Assembly: GCF_009914755.1 (NCBI RefSeq)
Contig: NC_060936.1
Reading direction: 5' to 3' (one strand)
DNA length: 64,000 nucleotides
Source: the human T2T-CHM13v2.0 reference genome, Homo sapiens
Positions 1 through 12,594 of this stretch are shown here, piece after piece. The notes under the pieces were generated by a model. It made no database searches and was not told where the DNA came from. It worked only from the letters and a program-made list of their open reading frames with translations. The position numbers and the translations under genes were made by a program. Every line of letters begins with the position of its first letter. The stretch's first letter is position 1.

Positions 1-250
1 TAGATGGTGATAAGTGCTATGGGGAGGAAACAAAGGGAGACAAAAGCAGAGCCCAAGAGAGAAGATCCAGAATGCAGGTGGAGGGTAGAGTGCAGGTTGC
101 AATTTAAAACAGGAGGATCAGGGAAAGCCTCATTGATACACTAAGATTTGAGCAATGACTTGGAAAGGAGGTGAGGGATGAGCCGCGTGGAAATCAAGGA
201 AAGGGCATTCTGGGTACAGGGCCCTAAGGCGCGAACGTGCCTGGCATGCA
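1..250 (-). mobile_element. L2 LINE fragment
   Basis: Matches the antisense L2 motif series gtgataagtgctatgg...cagggaaagcctc...tttgagcaa...gaaaggaggtgaggga...ggccctaaggc. Confidence 0.7.
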
Positions 251-1594
251 TCTGAACACAGCTTAATTCTGGTGAGCATCTGATTGTGGCTTCTTTGGTC
301 TTCCTTGGGCGTGCCTAAGGACTCCTATCTTTGTCTCATTTATATTAAGTTCATGAGATCTGTGCTTTCTACTCCAGCTTTCCACTCATCTTTATAAAAC
401 AGTAAGGACAAAATTAAATGAAATGTGCAAAATAACTGCACAAACTCTGTGCTGGGTGCCTGGTGACGCGGAACCGTCGGCTGGCACGCTGCGCCCCCAC
501 GTGGAAGCTTGCAAGGTTTGGCCCCCTAGGCACGGAAGTTCCTATCTGGCCCCTGGAAAGCAGCCCAGGGGGACCAGGCTTAGTGCCCAAATGTACGCGC
601 TGTGCAAAAGAGAAACTTATGAAGTCAAGGACCTCGTGGCGTGTTAGACGAGAGCCCGAGGGCAGGGGTGGGGGTGCAGTGCTGATGGGGATGTGGGCCA
701 CACCCGCTAGCTTTCCTCCCCGAGCCAGAGAAGATGTTCCTGTCCTTGAACAAGAGAGCAGACAGTTCCCCCAGGCAGCTGTGTGCATGGGGGGAGGAGG
801 GGGTTCCGGGAGGGTGCTGTGCTGCATGGCCCTCGACACAGATGTGCACTCGCATGCGCTTGGCAAAGGTGCTCCCCGCACTGGACGTGCATTTGTTTTT
901 CCTCCAGGACTGTGTTCTGGACAAGGACCTCCTGAGGCACCCATGCTGCAGTTCCCAGAGGCTTAAGGACGGCTGCGGGACGTGTGGGCGTCTGGGTTGG
1001 TGAGTCTGGGAATTGGGGAGGGGGCGTCTGCGAACGGAAGCCAGCCCACCCCAGTCATAAATGCCATACTCTTAGGGACACGCAGGAGTATTTTATTGTT
1101 TCATTGAAAACTGAGCCCCCAGTGCAGCTGTTCTGCCCATGAATTCCAGGGGGCAGGGACGGTGCGGGTAGGAGAATGAGGGGAAGCCAGAGGGAAGTGG
1201 GGACAGGGCCCGCTTGTCAAGTCTACGAGATCTTGTTACTGGGGTTTGGGGGAAATTGGATGCGGTTCCAGGGTTCAAATCTTTCTTGCCCCACACACCA
1301 GGGCGCTGGCTCCACTTAAGGCCATCGAGATGAAAGGGCCTGAGTGTTTATTCCCTTGTCAGCCCAGCAAATGGGTTCTGAGCCAACTCTGACAGTCTGT
1401 TTTCAAATAGGAAAAAGCGTTTTTTAAAAACTCTTTGTTTGGAGAGTAAAACCTGCTATGTGTTAAAGGTGACAAGCTAGGCTGTGCTGCAGACAGGACC
1501 CCCTCCCGGGTTGGCTCAGGGAGGCTTTTGCACTAGGCACCTCCTCAGATTACACCTGGCCATCGCCTCCCTGTCTTTCCACTTGCAATTTTAA

Positions 1595-1868
1595 GGGTCA
1601 CCTCTCCAAGGATGCCTTCTCTGACCACCCAGCGTAGTTCCCCAGGCACTCCGTCACTGTCCTGCTGTAACCCCTTCCTGGCGATCCTCTTCGCCTGATA
1701 TTTTTGTGCTCACTGATGGATGAGCTCTGCTCATGAAAATGCAAAGTCCCTTAAGAGCAGAGTCTGTGTCTGTTCTTTTGGCTGCACTGTTACCTGCACA
1801 GAGAAGAGTGCCCAACCGAGATTGTGCATTCAATACGTATATTTTATTAGTTGAAATAAATGAATGAT
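1595..1868 (+). mobile_element. L2 LINE 3' end
   Basis: gccttctctgaccaccc...agagtctgtgtctgtt...ttcaata...tgaaataaatgaatga, the typical L2 tail. Confidence 0.65.
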
Positions 1869-2659
1869 GTTTAAGACCTGGCTTATGCATTTTCTTTAAT
1901 GAAGAGATGGAGAAAACATAGCATGCTGGAGCAGAAGGGAGATTGAGGAGAAGAATCTGGACCAGCAAAGAAAAAGAATTCCAATTTTCCTTCCCTCAAG
2001 GACAACCTGCCCATAGATAAGCGCCTTGAGACCAAAGCCCATTATGGTTGCTGCCAGGCAGCTTGGAGACACAGGAATGGCCTCCCAACATCCCTGACCT
2101 CGGTTTTTGATACCTTTGTAAATGATATCCCTAATCTGTCTGCTCCTGAAATCCCTACCTCGTTTTTAAAATGTTTTCCTAAAACCTAATGAGTTTGACT
2201 TGCTCCTTTGCCTTTGGAAAGGTTGTCATTTTACATTTTAAAAGTCAAAAAGAAACGCTTCCTATCCCTCTGGATCCTCCTGGAGCCAACAGTAGCTCTG
2301 TGGCCTTGAGCAAGTCACTTCCCTTCGCTGGGGCTCAGTTTTCTGTAAAGGGAGGAGGAGATGGTGCTGGCTGTTGTCCAGGTCCATGCCAGCTCTAAAA
2401 GGCTGTGAGCTTCTGATGCCCACCCCCCAGTGACACCCACAAAGGAACTGCCTTCCCCTCCAATGGGACAGCGTATGGCCAAGCATTCCTGGGAAGGGCA
2501 GGAAGAAGAGGGCCTCCTTCCTAGCGCCCAGGCCCTTGTCTGCTTGTCCCCTTGTCATCCTTCCCCTGGACTATGCCACTACAATGCATCATGAGGACCT
2601 TAGATATCAAGAGTGGAAACGCAGGGTTGTTCCCCAGAGTAAACAGACTACAGAAATGG

Positions 2660-3139
2660 CCCAGTTCTCCACTCCTGCATGCTAGTCCTTTGCCTTTTGA
2701 GTTCACACTCGTCTCAGCAAGAGCTGGAGCCTATCCCCTAACACCTGAAATTTGGATTGGCTTTCTGACTGCTTTAGCCAAAAGAATGCACTAAAAGTAT
2801 CAAGGTGTAGGTGTGGAGCCCAGGTCTCAAGAGGCCTTGCCCAACCCTTCTCTCTTTCCTGGACCCCTGTAGCTGCCATGAAGGAACACCGAGGCTAGCC
2901 TGTGGGAGGATGAGACACATGGAGCAGTGCCAGCTGACCCAGCCAACACCGTTCTAGATTAACAACCATATTAGCCAACTGAGCCCCAGACATATGAATG
3001 AGTCCCAGCCAAGCCCAGCCAAGATCTGCGGGCCTGGCTCAGATCAGCAGAAGTGTGCAGCTGACCCACAGACTCCTGAGTCACGATCACCGATTGTTTC
3101 AGGATGGTTTGTTACACAGCAATGGCTAATTGACAATAC
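2660..3139 (+). mobile_element. MLT1-family (MaLR) LTR, old (MLT1F/G/H-like)
   Basis: tgactgctttagccaaaagaatg...gagcccaggtctcaagaggcctt...ggtttgttacacagcaatggctaattgacaataca, an MLT1-type 3' terminus. Confidence 0.7.
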
Positions 3140-4049
3140 ACCCTGGATCTACCCCCAGGACAGCCCACATCTCCCTTAGTTTGCCTTCTTGAGCATCCTT
3201 GCACGTGGTCTGCCCTTTCTGCCTCTGTACTGCCTAGTTTATGTCTTAAAAATATCACTTCCCTCCTGTAAGTCCGGCCCTGTGTATAGAAGCATACAGG
3301 CAATCGCTTACATGAGAGAATTTTATTTTTCAGGGTCTCTCTAAAACTGGGTGCCATAATGTGTCAGCTACTTGGGCCAGCCATGGTATCTGAAACCGTG
3401 GCCCAAAGACTTGGTCTTCTGAATTACATCACACATAGTACATGTCATATAGAGGAGCACACATCCTACCTCCTGTCTCAGTGGCATGATAGGTGAAGTG
3501 GAAATCGGGTGCAGGAATGACCTTTATGGGGCTGGGAAGGAGGCTTTGTGGGAATGCAGACCTGACAGAGTGTTCCAGGAGAGGCCTCCGTGAGGTCACC
3601 GGAACTAAGCAGGGATTGGAAGCAGAGCCCCCAGGCACACCCACACTCATAGTTTTGCTAAGGATTGACCCTGTTTTCTTGTGCAAGTATTTTATTTTTC
3701 TCTAATAAATTAACATTTATTAGAAGTCTATTGTAAATCAAGCAGGCATCAGCTAAGCCCAGGAGATGACAAAGATAAATAATGAATCCCTGCCCTGAAG
3801 GAACTTACTAGTTCATAATCCTAAAGGTGCAAAATACCGCTACAAGTATATGCCAATAAATCATTAGATTCGAATTCAGTTCTTTCTTCTAAAAGTCAGG
3901 AGGTAAAACCAGATTAATCAATGATCAACAATTAGAAAAATCAATTAGGGTGATGTTTATATTACTTATGTATTTATACTTCTTCAAGTTTTACTCAAAT
4001 TACATTTCTCTTTGCAAGTACGATTAATATTCAAAGCCAAACATGATTT

Positions 4050-4882
4050 CCAGTCTTGTCCCCAACTGCATCCTTCTGTCTTACTCACCTCTATACATGA
4101 TATACCTTCATTCACCTAGTTCTATACATATCTTATCCATAGCAAATCCTGTAGCATTACCCCCACAACATACACAGAATCCCGCCAATTCGCACCACCT
4201 CCACCTCCACCATCCCAGTGCAAGCCATCAGCACCTCTCACCTATTCTTTTGCAAAAAAATTGGTAACTGGTCTTTTTGCTTCCATCCTTCTCTCCCACC
4301 TTCTATTCTAACCAGCAGGCAGAAAGATCCTGTTCAAACATAAGTCAGATTAGGTTAATCCTTAGATCATAAACCCTCCGCTATCTTCCCATCACACTTA
4401 ACATAAAATCAAAGGCCCCAGATGACTTGGCCCTGACCACCTCTCTAACCCTGCTCTAGTCACATGGGCAGTATTGCTTTTCTTTACATTCACCAGACAT
4501 TCCTACCTTAGTGCCTTTGCACTGGTGCCTGTTACCTTCCTGACTCAGACCTCTTCATGGACCATTTTTTTATGGCATTTCAAGCTTTGCTCATGTTTCA
4601 CCTCTTTAGAAAGAACTTCCTTGACCACCAGAGCTAAAATAGCCACCATCACCACTACCCCACAACATCCTTCACTTTCTAGCCCTTTGCCCTGCTCTAG
4701 TTTTCTTCATAGCACTTACCACTGCCCTGTATTATACCATGTATTTGTTTATTTACTTGTTCGTTGCCATGATGAGATCCCTAAAGACAGGGGTCTTGGC
4801 TGGTTGGTGTGCTACCATATGTTAAGTATTTGAACAGTACCTTGCTTTTGTCATCTACGTAATAAATGTTTGTGGAATGAAT
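4050..4882 (+). mobile_element. L2 LINE 3' region
   Basis: aaatcctgt...ccacctccacc...aaacataagtcagat...gcctttgcactg...aataaatgtttgtggaatgaat tail. Confidence 0.75.
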
Positions 4883-6068
4883 CCCTAAGTGTTCACATTC
4901 ATTCTGCTAATGTTTGTAAATATCTTATTTTGTAAAATAAGTGAATGGGCAAGTCTATCATATAGCTCAAACAATATCACTCTTGGAATTCAGGAAATGA
5001 ACATCAAATCCCATTGCTTCTCTAAGAAAAAGAAAACAATTTGGACCACTCACTTCCCTTCTCTGAGCATTTGTTTTTCCTTCTTCAAAGTAAGTAAAAC
5101 CATCCCTCTCCCCTCCCAACCGAAAAGGTAAGTACTATAGTTACTTCCATTTTATCCATGAGGAAACTGAGGCCCAGAAAAGGCCAAGTCAGTCTTTGCT
5201 GTCTCAGGAGGAGGATTTAGAAGGTCAATTCTGCCCAGGAATTGAGGCCAGAGAAAATCACTCTGTGGATAAGTTTTGATGCAAAATCCGAGCAGACTGT
5301 GTTCTCACTTCTTATAACAGAGGGAAGCGCCCCTCTGCCCAGCCGGGCCCCATCCCCTGGAAGGGCAGGGTGGGACTTGCTTCCGCCTGTTCTGTGGACA
5401 GTCTCTGTGCATGTGGGATTACTAGAAGAACTTTCAGTCTCCAGGAGCTCCAAGGCCTGCACTTCCCAGAGCCTTCTCATCAGGCACAAATAAACAGTTG
5501 TTAATGTCTTCCTGGGCTTATGTGCTTGAGGCTGTCACAACCAGGAGCTCTGAAACTGGCACAGGCCGGGGTGCAGACACCCAAGGCCTCCAGGCTGACA
5601 GCTGCATGGAGTCATTTTCAATTAGAGAATGACTTGGAAAAGAAAAAAAATCCAGCATCAAAGCCTATCCTGAAGCCTGCCTGCCCAAGGCCTGAGGACT
5701 CCCAGGTGGAGCCAGGACCCTGTCACTCTTCTGCTTGCAAGGAAAGCAGCCCACACTATGCCCAGCCGGGAAGGGGGCGGGGGTGGCTTGTAGAATCCTG
5801 CCCCTGGTGCAGGCTCTGTCTGCTTCTAGACAGGAGAAGAAAGCAAAGGTGCCTTTGTAGGCCAGCTGTCTTGGGGAGAGAGGCTCACTTTCTGCAAGCC
5901 CTGGTGCTCCCCAGAGAGGCCACAGCCCAGAGGAGTGAGCTAGAAATTTAGAATTATACAGAATTGAATGCGAGCACTGGCCTTGCTACATGCTGGCAGT
6001 ATGACCTTAAGGCACAGACATAGGGATGGTGCAGTGCCTTAGGGCCAGAAACAACAGGCACCATTAAC

Positions 6069-7455
6069 CAGGGCCGGGACTAGGATGAGACAAAGGAGGC
6101 GCTTGCTTCGGGTGTACAATTTAAGGGAACTTCAAAAAACTCAGCAATCAGATAAATTATATTTTAAGGCAATATTTTTTTAAGTTAAAATTTATGTTAA
6201 AAAAATCCATGATGAAGAAAATATCAAAATTTTAAATAAAAACAGGCTCCAACAATGCCGTGCCAAGCCATACTGGAGCCTGAGGCAAAAGGAAAAACTG
6301 TGCTTCCCTATATATGTGTATTTGTGCATTTTTAATGGTTACTATTTTTCCAGAACATTAAATGAGTTTTAAAAATATTGAGAAGTGTCTAAAACTCACA
6401 ACATTATTTTAAATTTAAATATTTTATTTATATCAAAACCAGAATGTATTATAATTTTACTTTCCTGGCTTAAAATGGAAGCAAACTCATCAATACTATT
6501 TTCAAAACCTGCTTACTTACTTACGCCATTTTCAGTTGAAAGAATTGCCATGTTCAACAATTTCTACTGACCAAGTGACTACCTTAAATAATTGTTAATT
6601 AACTTTAGCTCACTAAAACTTCTTTCCCTGGACAGCACTGTAACTAGTATTGTTTAAAAAAAGAATTCTCAAGGCCATGTCCAAGTTTAGATAAGACTAC
6701 ACTAAGCAAAATTCCTGAATCTGTTTTAGAGATTCAAATCTAATGCTGATTTTGTATTGTAATTTATTGATATTACATGTTAAAACTATTTCAGATGAAA
6801 TTTCAATAGGACTTAAATTGTCAGAATATTTAAGAGTCCAATCAATGACTGATTTTTGTAAATAAGATCTATTCATGAAAACTTTTCTGCAGTTTTCTAA
6901 TTTTTCTAGACTTAAAAATTCAAAATCTGAAGATATTTAATTTTTGCATGTCTATTTCAAATGTGAACTTCAGACATTTAAATTTTTGATTTCTATTTGA
7001 TCTAAGCTGGTTTCATTGTAATTGATACTCTTACCCATGAATCATATATTTCCAGTTTCCTTACTTTTTTAAAATTTATTTCCAAATTTAGGAAGCATGT
7101 TTATACCTCATGCTAAAGTTTTACTTTCATCCAGCATGTCAAGTTATTTATTCTCATTTGTTATAACTCACAACTTTCACTTGAAAAAAGTTGATCAAAG
7201 TAGATTTTGAAAGTATTGTTGATGAATTTGCTTCCATTAAAGTGAGGAAAATAAAATTATAACACATTCGGTTTGAGATAAAATGAAATATCTAAGCTTA
7301 AAATAATGCTGTGAGTTTTGAGACATCTACTTCCCAGATTTTCAATATTTGTTCAACTAGTTCTGGGGGAAAAAACAACCATTATACAAACATATATGCA
7401 GGGGCACTGAGTTTTCCTGTGACCTCAGGCTCCAACATGGGCCCGCAGCACACTG
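6069..7455. mobile_element. hAT (Tip100-group; MER96B/Zaphod3-like) DNA transposon remnant with decayed transposase C-terminus
   Basis: Starts cagggccgggactagg and ends ...ggctccaacatgggcccgcagcacactg. Minus strand ~6470-6700 translates SYLNLDMALRIL/TILVTVLSRERSFSELKLINNYLR*SLGQ*KLLNMAILSTEN...FENSIDEFASI, a hAT dimerisation domain (ERSFS motif) with stops and a frameshift. Confidence 0.8.
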
Positions 7456-7752
7456 TGGTTCCCAGCGGGAGGAGAGAGGTGTTTACTGGAATTGCAGACA
7501 CAGCAGGGAGTGTGGAGGGGGCTCATTGGCTGAGACCTCTGCAGGGAGAGAAAGAGCTGGGGGAGCATCCTGACCTCGCTTTCCTCCCTCCCTCACATCT
7601 CCTGCTGGCATTCTGCATGGGCTGGACCAATTGCATGCCAGCGGGCACTGGGGCCTGTTGGTGTGGTCCAAATGGGTCAGCCGGCAGCACCGAGCAGATG
7701 GAGAAGGGTGGAAAGTAGATCTGGGGCAGCAAACGGAAATTCTATGGGACAC
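7456..7752 (-). mobile_element. LTR33-like (ERVL) LTR, interrupted by the hAT element (remainder probably ~6015-6068)
   Basis: gagaagggtggaaagtagatctggggcagcaaacggaaat matches the antisense LTR33 5' end. Confidence 0.65.
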
Positions 7753-8084
7753 TCTTGGTCTTTGTGGATCGACTCAAAAACAGAAGGTGATAATAACTAC
7801 CTTGCAAAGTTTTCCTAAGAGGGAAATAGGGCAATATATGTAAATTGCCTCAAATAGTTTGGCATCTCCTAAACCAGGGCTTGTATTACAGCTGAACAGG
7901 AGTAAGCAACCGCTGCTGGTGGTAGAGGGAGAGTGAGGGGGAAGGTGGGATGGGACACCTGATGTGGTATCCCTTGCTCCTCAATCAGCCTGAGGCCACA
8001 TGGCACCACCTGGGCAAGACTGACCCCAGCAGGACCAGCTCTGCCTTCAGTGAAACAGAGTGGTGGGATGGAAGGCACTTTCAT

Positions 8085-8197
8085 TTCCTGAGTGAGCCTC
8101 AGTTTCCTAAGAGTCTGATAGTGATAGAATGATGCCTATCTTGCAGGATTTTGAGGACTAAGAGAGATAATGTACGTTAAAGTACTTTGTAAACTAT
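8085..8197 (+). mobile_element. MIR fragment
   Basis: gagcctcagtttcct...aggattttgaggactaagagagataatgtacgttaaag core. Confidence 0.65.
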
Positions 8198-9074
8198 GAA
8201 ACATGTGAATGTTGTACTTGGGGTGGGAGGGCTCGTGCTCATTTCATCTTCAAAACAGAAAACCACACTAAAGCTGTGGGGACATACTGTCTTCTTTACT
8301 ATGAAATCAGAGGCAGAAAATATTTTCCTTACTTTAGGAGGCCATGTGTATTGTCCTTGTTTGACAGACTACTGAGTGTGCAGAAGTAAGGAATTAAGAG
8401 ATTCTAATATCAACTCTGCCCCTATTTCACTGAGATACTTTAAATCTGGGTGCTCCTTTTGTCTCTCAACTTCTCCGGATTGAAAACATGGACTGTGATA
8501 TTCAGTAGAGTGCTTTGTGCCTTGCAGAAGATAAAGAGAGTCGTCTTGACAGCTTACGACTTTGTCGGCCTGTGTGACCTGGTACAGAAGGAACGTGCAT
8601 TCCACGGCAGAGTTCAGAACTATGGAAGAATGCAGACACATCTAGAAAGTTTCAAAAGTTGGAATGGAACATGGAATTATTTTCCATGGCCTCTTCTCCT
8701 GGAGGCAAAATTAGCTGGAAAGATCGCATACTTAGACCCCAGTGGCAGAGCCCAGCACCAAGCCCCCTGGGCGGAATCAGAGGAAAGATGAAACTGCATG
8801 GCCACCCACCGTTTACAGATGAAAGATGGGACTTACAATTGCTACATGATCTCAGAGCCCAGCCCTGATGGCCACAAGCACACCTGTGCACAGGAGTAAT
8901 CTGACCAGCTGAGGGCAGATGCTTTGCAGGACAACAGAAGTGGGATCATGGGGACCTCTCTGTGGGTTCACCCGGTCCTGTTGTGCTTGACCCCGGCCCT
9001 GAGTCAGTCACCACTCCCCATGGCCTTCATGCCTTACCTGGACAGTGAGAGGATCGATCAGATGAGCGAAGAGG

Positions 9075-9230
9075 TTCCACAGTCTGAGTGCTCGGGAGAA
9101 TGACCTGGGAGTCTTTTAAAAATTCAGTTTCCTTGGCTTCTTATCCTGAAAATTCAGTCAGTAGACAAGGAGCACAACCCAGGAATCTGTATTTGTCACA
9201 ATCAGCTGTAGTGATTTTGATGAGCCCAAG
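9075..9230. mobile_element. MER5A-like hAT-Charlie MITE
   Basis: agaatgacctgggag...cccaggaatctgtatttg...gtgattttgatg. Confidence 0.55.
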
Positions 9231-10929
9231 TATTCTCTAGGGTCCTACCAGCCTGGCACTCGGGCACCCTCTTGCTCCATGGGTGAAAGCTCGAGAGATA
9301 ATAGAGAGATAATAGGCTGGAACAGAATTTCAGTGGAAGGGTGGGGAGGGAGGCAGAGCTTCTCAGGCACAGGGATGTGCAGCTGGGAGAGGTGCAATGA
9401 CCGAACCTTTTTTACCTATTCTCTGAGTCCTTGTTGGTTTTTATTGCTAACGTCATATGAGATTGTTACATTGTCTTGGCTGTGCCTGTGTGTCACATAT
9501 TATGCTTTCTCACCTAACCCCAGTAAAATCCCACCTTCATTGATCAAAACAGGTTGTTATCATATGGACGCTCAAAATATTTTTATGCACCTTCTCAGTC
9601 TGCAGAGAATTCCACTGCAAACAGCTTATAAGGTCCATGTGTTTGGCTGTAGGTTCTTCCTCAAACTGGCTGCTTCGTAGACAAGCAGGTGCCTCGGGGA
9701 CTGTGTCTTCACATAAGTCATGGTCTGTTTTCCATGGGGAGGCTGCAAGAGCTAGGGGGACAGAGGTGACAATGCAGAAGATGGAACAAAGTAACAGCAC
9801 AATGGGAGCATGCAGAGGCCCGGGGATAGGTCTGGGTGTTAGGAGGACAACCTGGCCCCACTGGGTAAGTCAGGAGGCTGCGGTCTTAAGGGGATGGGAC
9901 TGAGACTGCGGAGACTGGCCCTGCAGAGGTATCGGGAGGCCTGAGGCACACATTAGTTGGGCTCCATCCTGAAGACAGGTTGGGGGACAGGGCTTCCAGG
10001 CAGCAGGCAGTGATAAGTGGCATTGCCCCAGCCCATGACTGGACACCAAGATCTAGTCCCGCACATAAGGGCTGCTGTACCCCAGGCTCTATGTCTGGGC
10101 TTTCTGGAGAGGGAGGCCAGTGAGAGGAGCTCCCCTTAGCCAGTCCTACCTCATGAGATGACTGTGCTGCGCTGTTTTATCTTTTACAGCACTCTGAAGG
10201 ACTGCGTTCCCCATTGCATGAGGGAAGAAACTGAGGGTGGAGAGGCTCCAGGACAGAGCAGGATGGTGCTGGTGTTGAACTCTGAGACGACGTGACTACA
10301 ATGCCTGTGCCCTTTGCTGGGAGGCTAATCAGAATCCAGGAACGAGAGGCTGGGCAGAAACCAGGCCAGGGTGCGTCCCCCACGGCAGGCTGGAGTTGCT
10401 GATGGGAGGAGAGGACTCCATGGCAGGTGTGCGTCTCCTCAGCCTTCCAGGCCTTGGGTGGTGTTGGTTACGCTAAGACTGGGGGATTGGGGTAAGGGGC
10501 CAGAGCCAATGCTGATTCTTGATCTCTCTCCAGTGGGATGTGTGCTGCATCCCCAGGCTTGGTGGGGAGACCTGGGTGCGGGAAGTCCAGACAGTGGTGA
10601 AGCCAGCAGGGCAGCACATGTGTCCAACCTCCCCCAACTACAGGTGAGAAAATACCACCCAGGACCTGACTGAGACCCCATCCGGCATCAGTCCACGTGA
10701 ACCCAGTGTCTGCAGGGAAATTTTACAGTCAAAACCTGTGCAGTCTGCTATGAACCAAGGAATAAGGAGGCTGCTGGAAAAGCCATCATTTTGCTGGGCT
10801 ATTGATGTTGGTGAGAGTTGATCACAGTTTGAAAGGTGCAGAAGGCCATGCCTGGCAAAGAGACAGATGGGAGACCTCTCTGGTTGGGGCGAGAATGCTG
10901 TGTGGGATGGCTCAGGGGTGGAGGTAGCG

Positions 10930-11135
10930 AGCCTGTGCTTGAGCGGGGCCAACCGAGAGTCAAATCCCGGGCTGCCGCGTGTCGAGTGCGGTGGCCATGG
11001 GTCCATCCATGACTTCTCTGAGTCCCTAGTCCCCTACCCGTAAAAACGGAAGCAATAACACAGACTTCTTAGGTTGTTTTTTTGAGACCTGAGATAGACC
11101 ACATGTGTAAGGCATTCAGCACAGTGCTTGACTTG
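10930..11135 (+). mobile_element. MIR
   Basis: gtcaaatcccgg...cttctctgagtc...catgtgtaaggcattcagcacagtgcttgac. Confidence 0.6.
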
Positions 11136-12096
11136 TGTAGGGCTCCCAAAGCTGAGCTATAATTGGGTAATTGCTGATGGTGCTCAGATTCCAAGGTGAA
11201 AGGAGAAGAGACACAGGGATGCTGAGGGGGAGTTGAGGAGAGGTTGCTGCACAGTCCAAGAGGACCATAAACAACATCACAGAGGAGGCACATGAGGGCT
11301 GCCTCACACTCAGCAGAAAGGCCAGAGTGAGGGCGTGCAGCTGGCTCGCAGAGGTGGGCTTTCAAATCCCAGAGGAATGGGCTGACTGCACTGCCCGGGC
11401 TGTGGTTGCTCCACACTGAGGACTTGGGATACCCACCTGCCTCAGCTTCTTGGATGATCTCCAGAATGCCAGGCAGCCAGACGTGAGGTCATGCATTTAC
11501 TGTAGGGAGCTGTGCAGCTGGGTGAGGGGAGGGGGCTACCAGGCAGAGGCTCTGCCTGCCTCAAAGTGCTCCAGAGGGGCTGGGTGGGCCCCAAAGTGTT
11601 CAGAGGGACTTGATCAGAGGCCCTCAAGCAAAGCATGCCTTAGGTGTAGGGTCAGGGGAAAGGGCCCAGCCTCTCTGCCCTCCCATCTCCAGCCCTGCTT
11701 CCATCTCATGGGCCTGGGCCACGTGGCCCTTCTAAATGAAGCTCCTGAGCTAGGTGGATGTTGGTGCAGACACAACCGACCGGTCTGCCATGCATGTGTG
11801 AGAACACAGGCTGCTCCAGCGGCCTTGCAGACACCCACCCAGCACCTCAGGCAATGGAAACCCCCCAGGAAATGGCCTTGTGTGGGAAGGAGGGCACGCC
11901 CCCAACCCTGGACACAACCTCCAGGGTTGAGAGGAGAGGCGGGACCAGGGAAAGGCTGCCCCAGCAGATTAGGCTTTGAGACAAGGTAAATGAAGTCAGG
12001 GTCACAGAAGGGCTTCTCACCCAACCCTCTCACTTCACAAGTGGGGAAACCGGCCCAGAGAGGGCAAGTAAACAAACAGCGTAAGGAGTTTGTGGT

Positions 12097-12594
12097 TGTG
12101 GAAGGTTGTGAAATGGCCCCTCAAAAGATATTCCCATTCTAATACCTGGAACTTGTCAGTGTTACCTTACATGAGGGGAAAACAGGAGTCTTTGGCAATG
12201 TGAGCAGATGAAGAATCTCGTGATGGGAAGATTATCCTGCGGTATCTAGGTGGGCTGTAAATACAGTCACATGCATCGTTATAATCAGACGACAAAGAGA
12301 GATCTGAAAACACACAGAGGAGGCCCCAGTGTGGAGACCAGTAGAGGGAGGCTTGAGAACACGGGCCTTGAACATCGGAGTTGGTGTGGCCATAGCCACC
12401 GGACCCTGGAAGAGGCGCGTAACAGATTCTCCCCGCCAGCCCCTGAGTGAGTGCAGCTCTGCCAACTCTTGATGTTGGCCCAGGGAAACTGTTTTCAGAC
12501 TTCTGGCCCCCACAACTGCGAGAGAATAAATTACGTTGTTTTAAGCTACTAAGGTTTTAGTAATTTATTACGGCAGCCACAGGAAACTAATACA
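12097..12594 (+). mobile_element. MLT1C/D-type MaLR solo LTR
   Basis: tgtggaaggttgtgaaatggcccctcaaaagata...agaataaatt...cagccacaggaaactaataca with TG..CA termini. Flanks gtggt/gtgtt form a 5-bp TSD with one mismatch. Confidence 0.85.
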
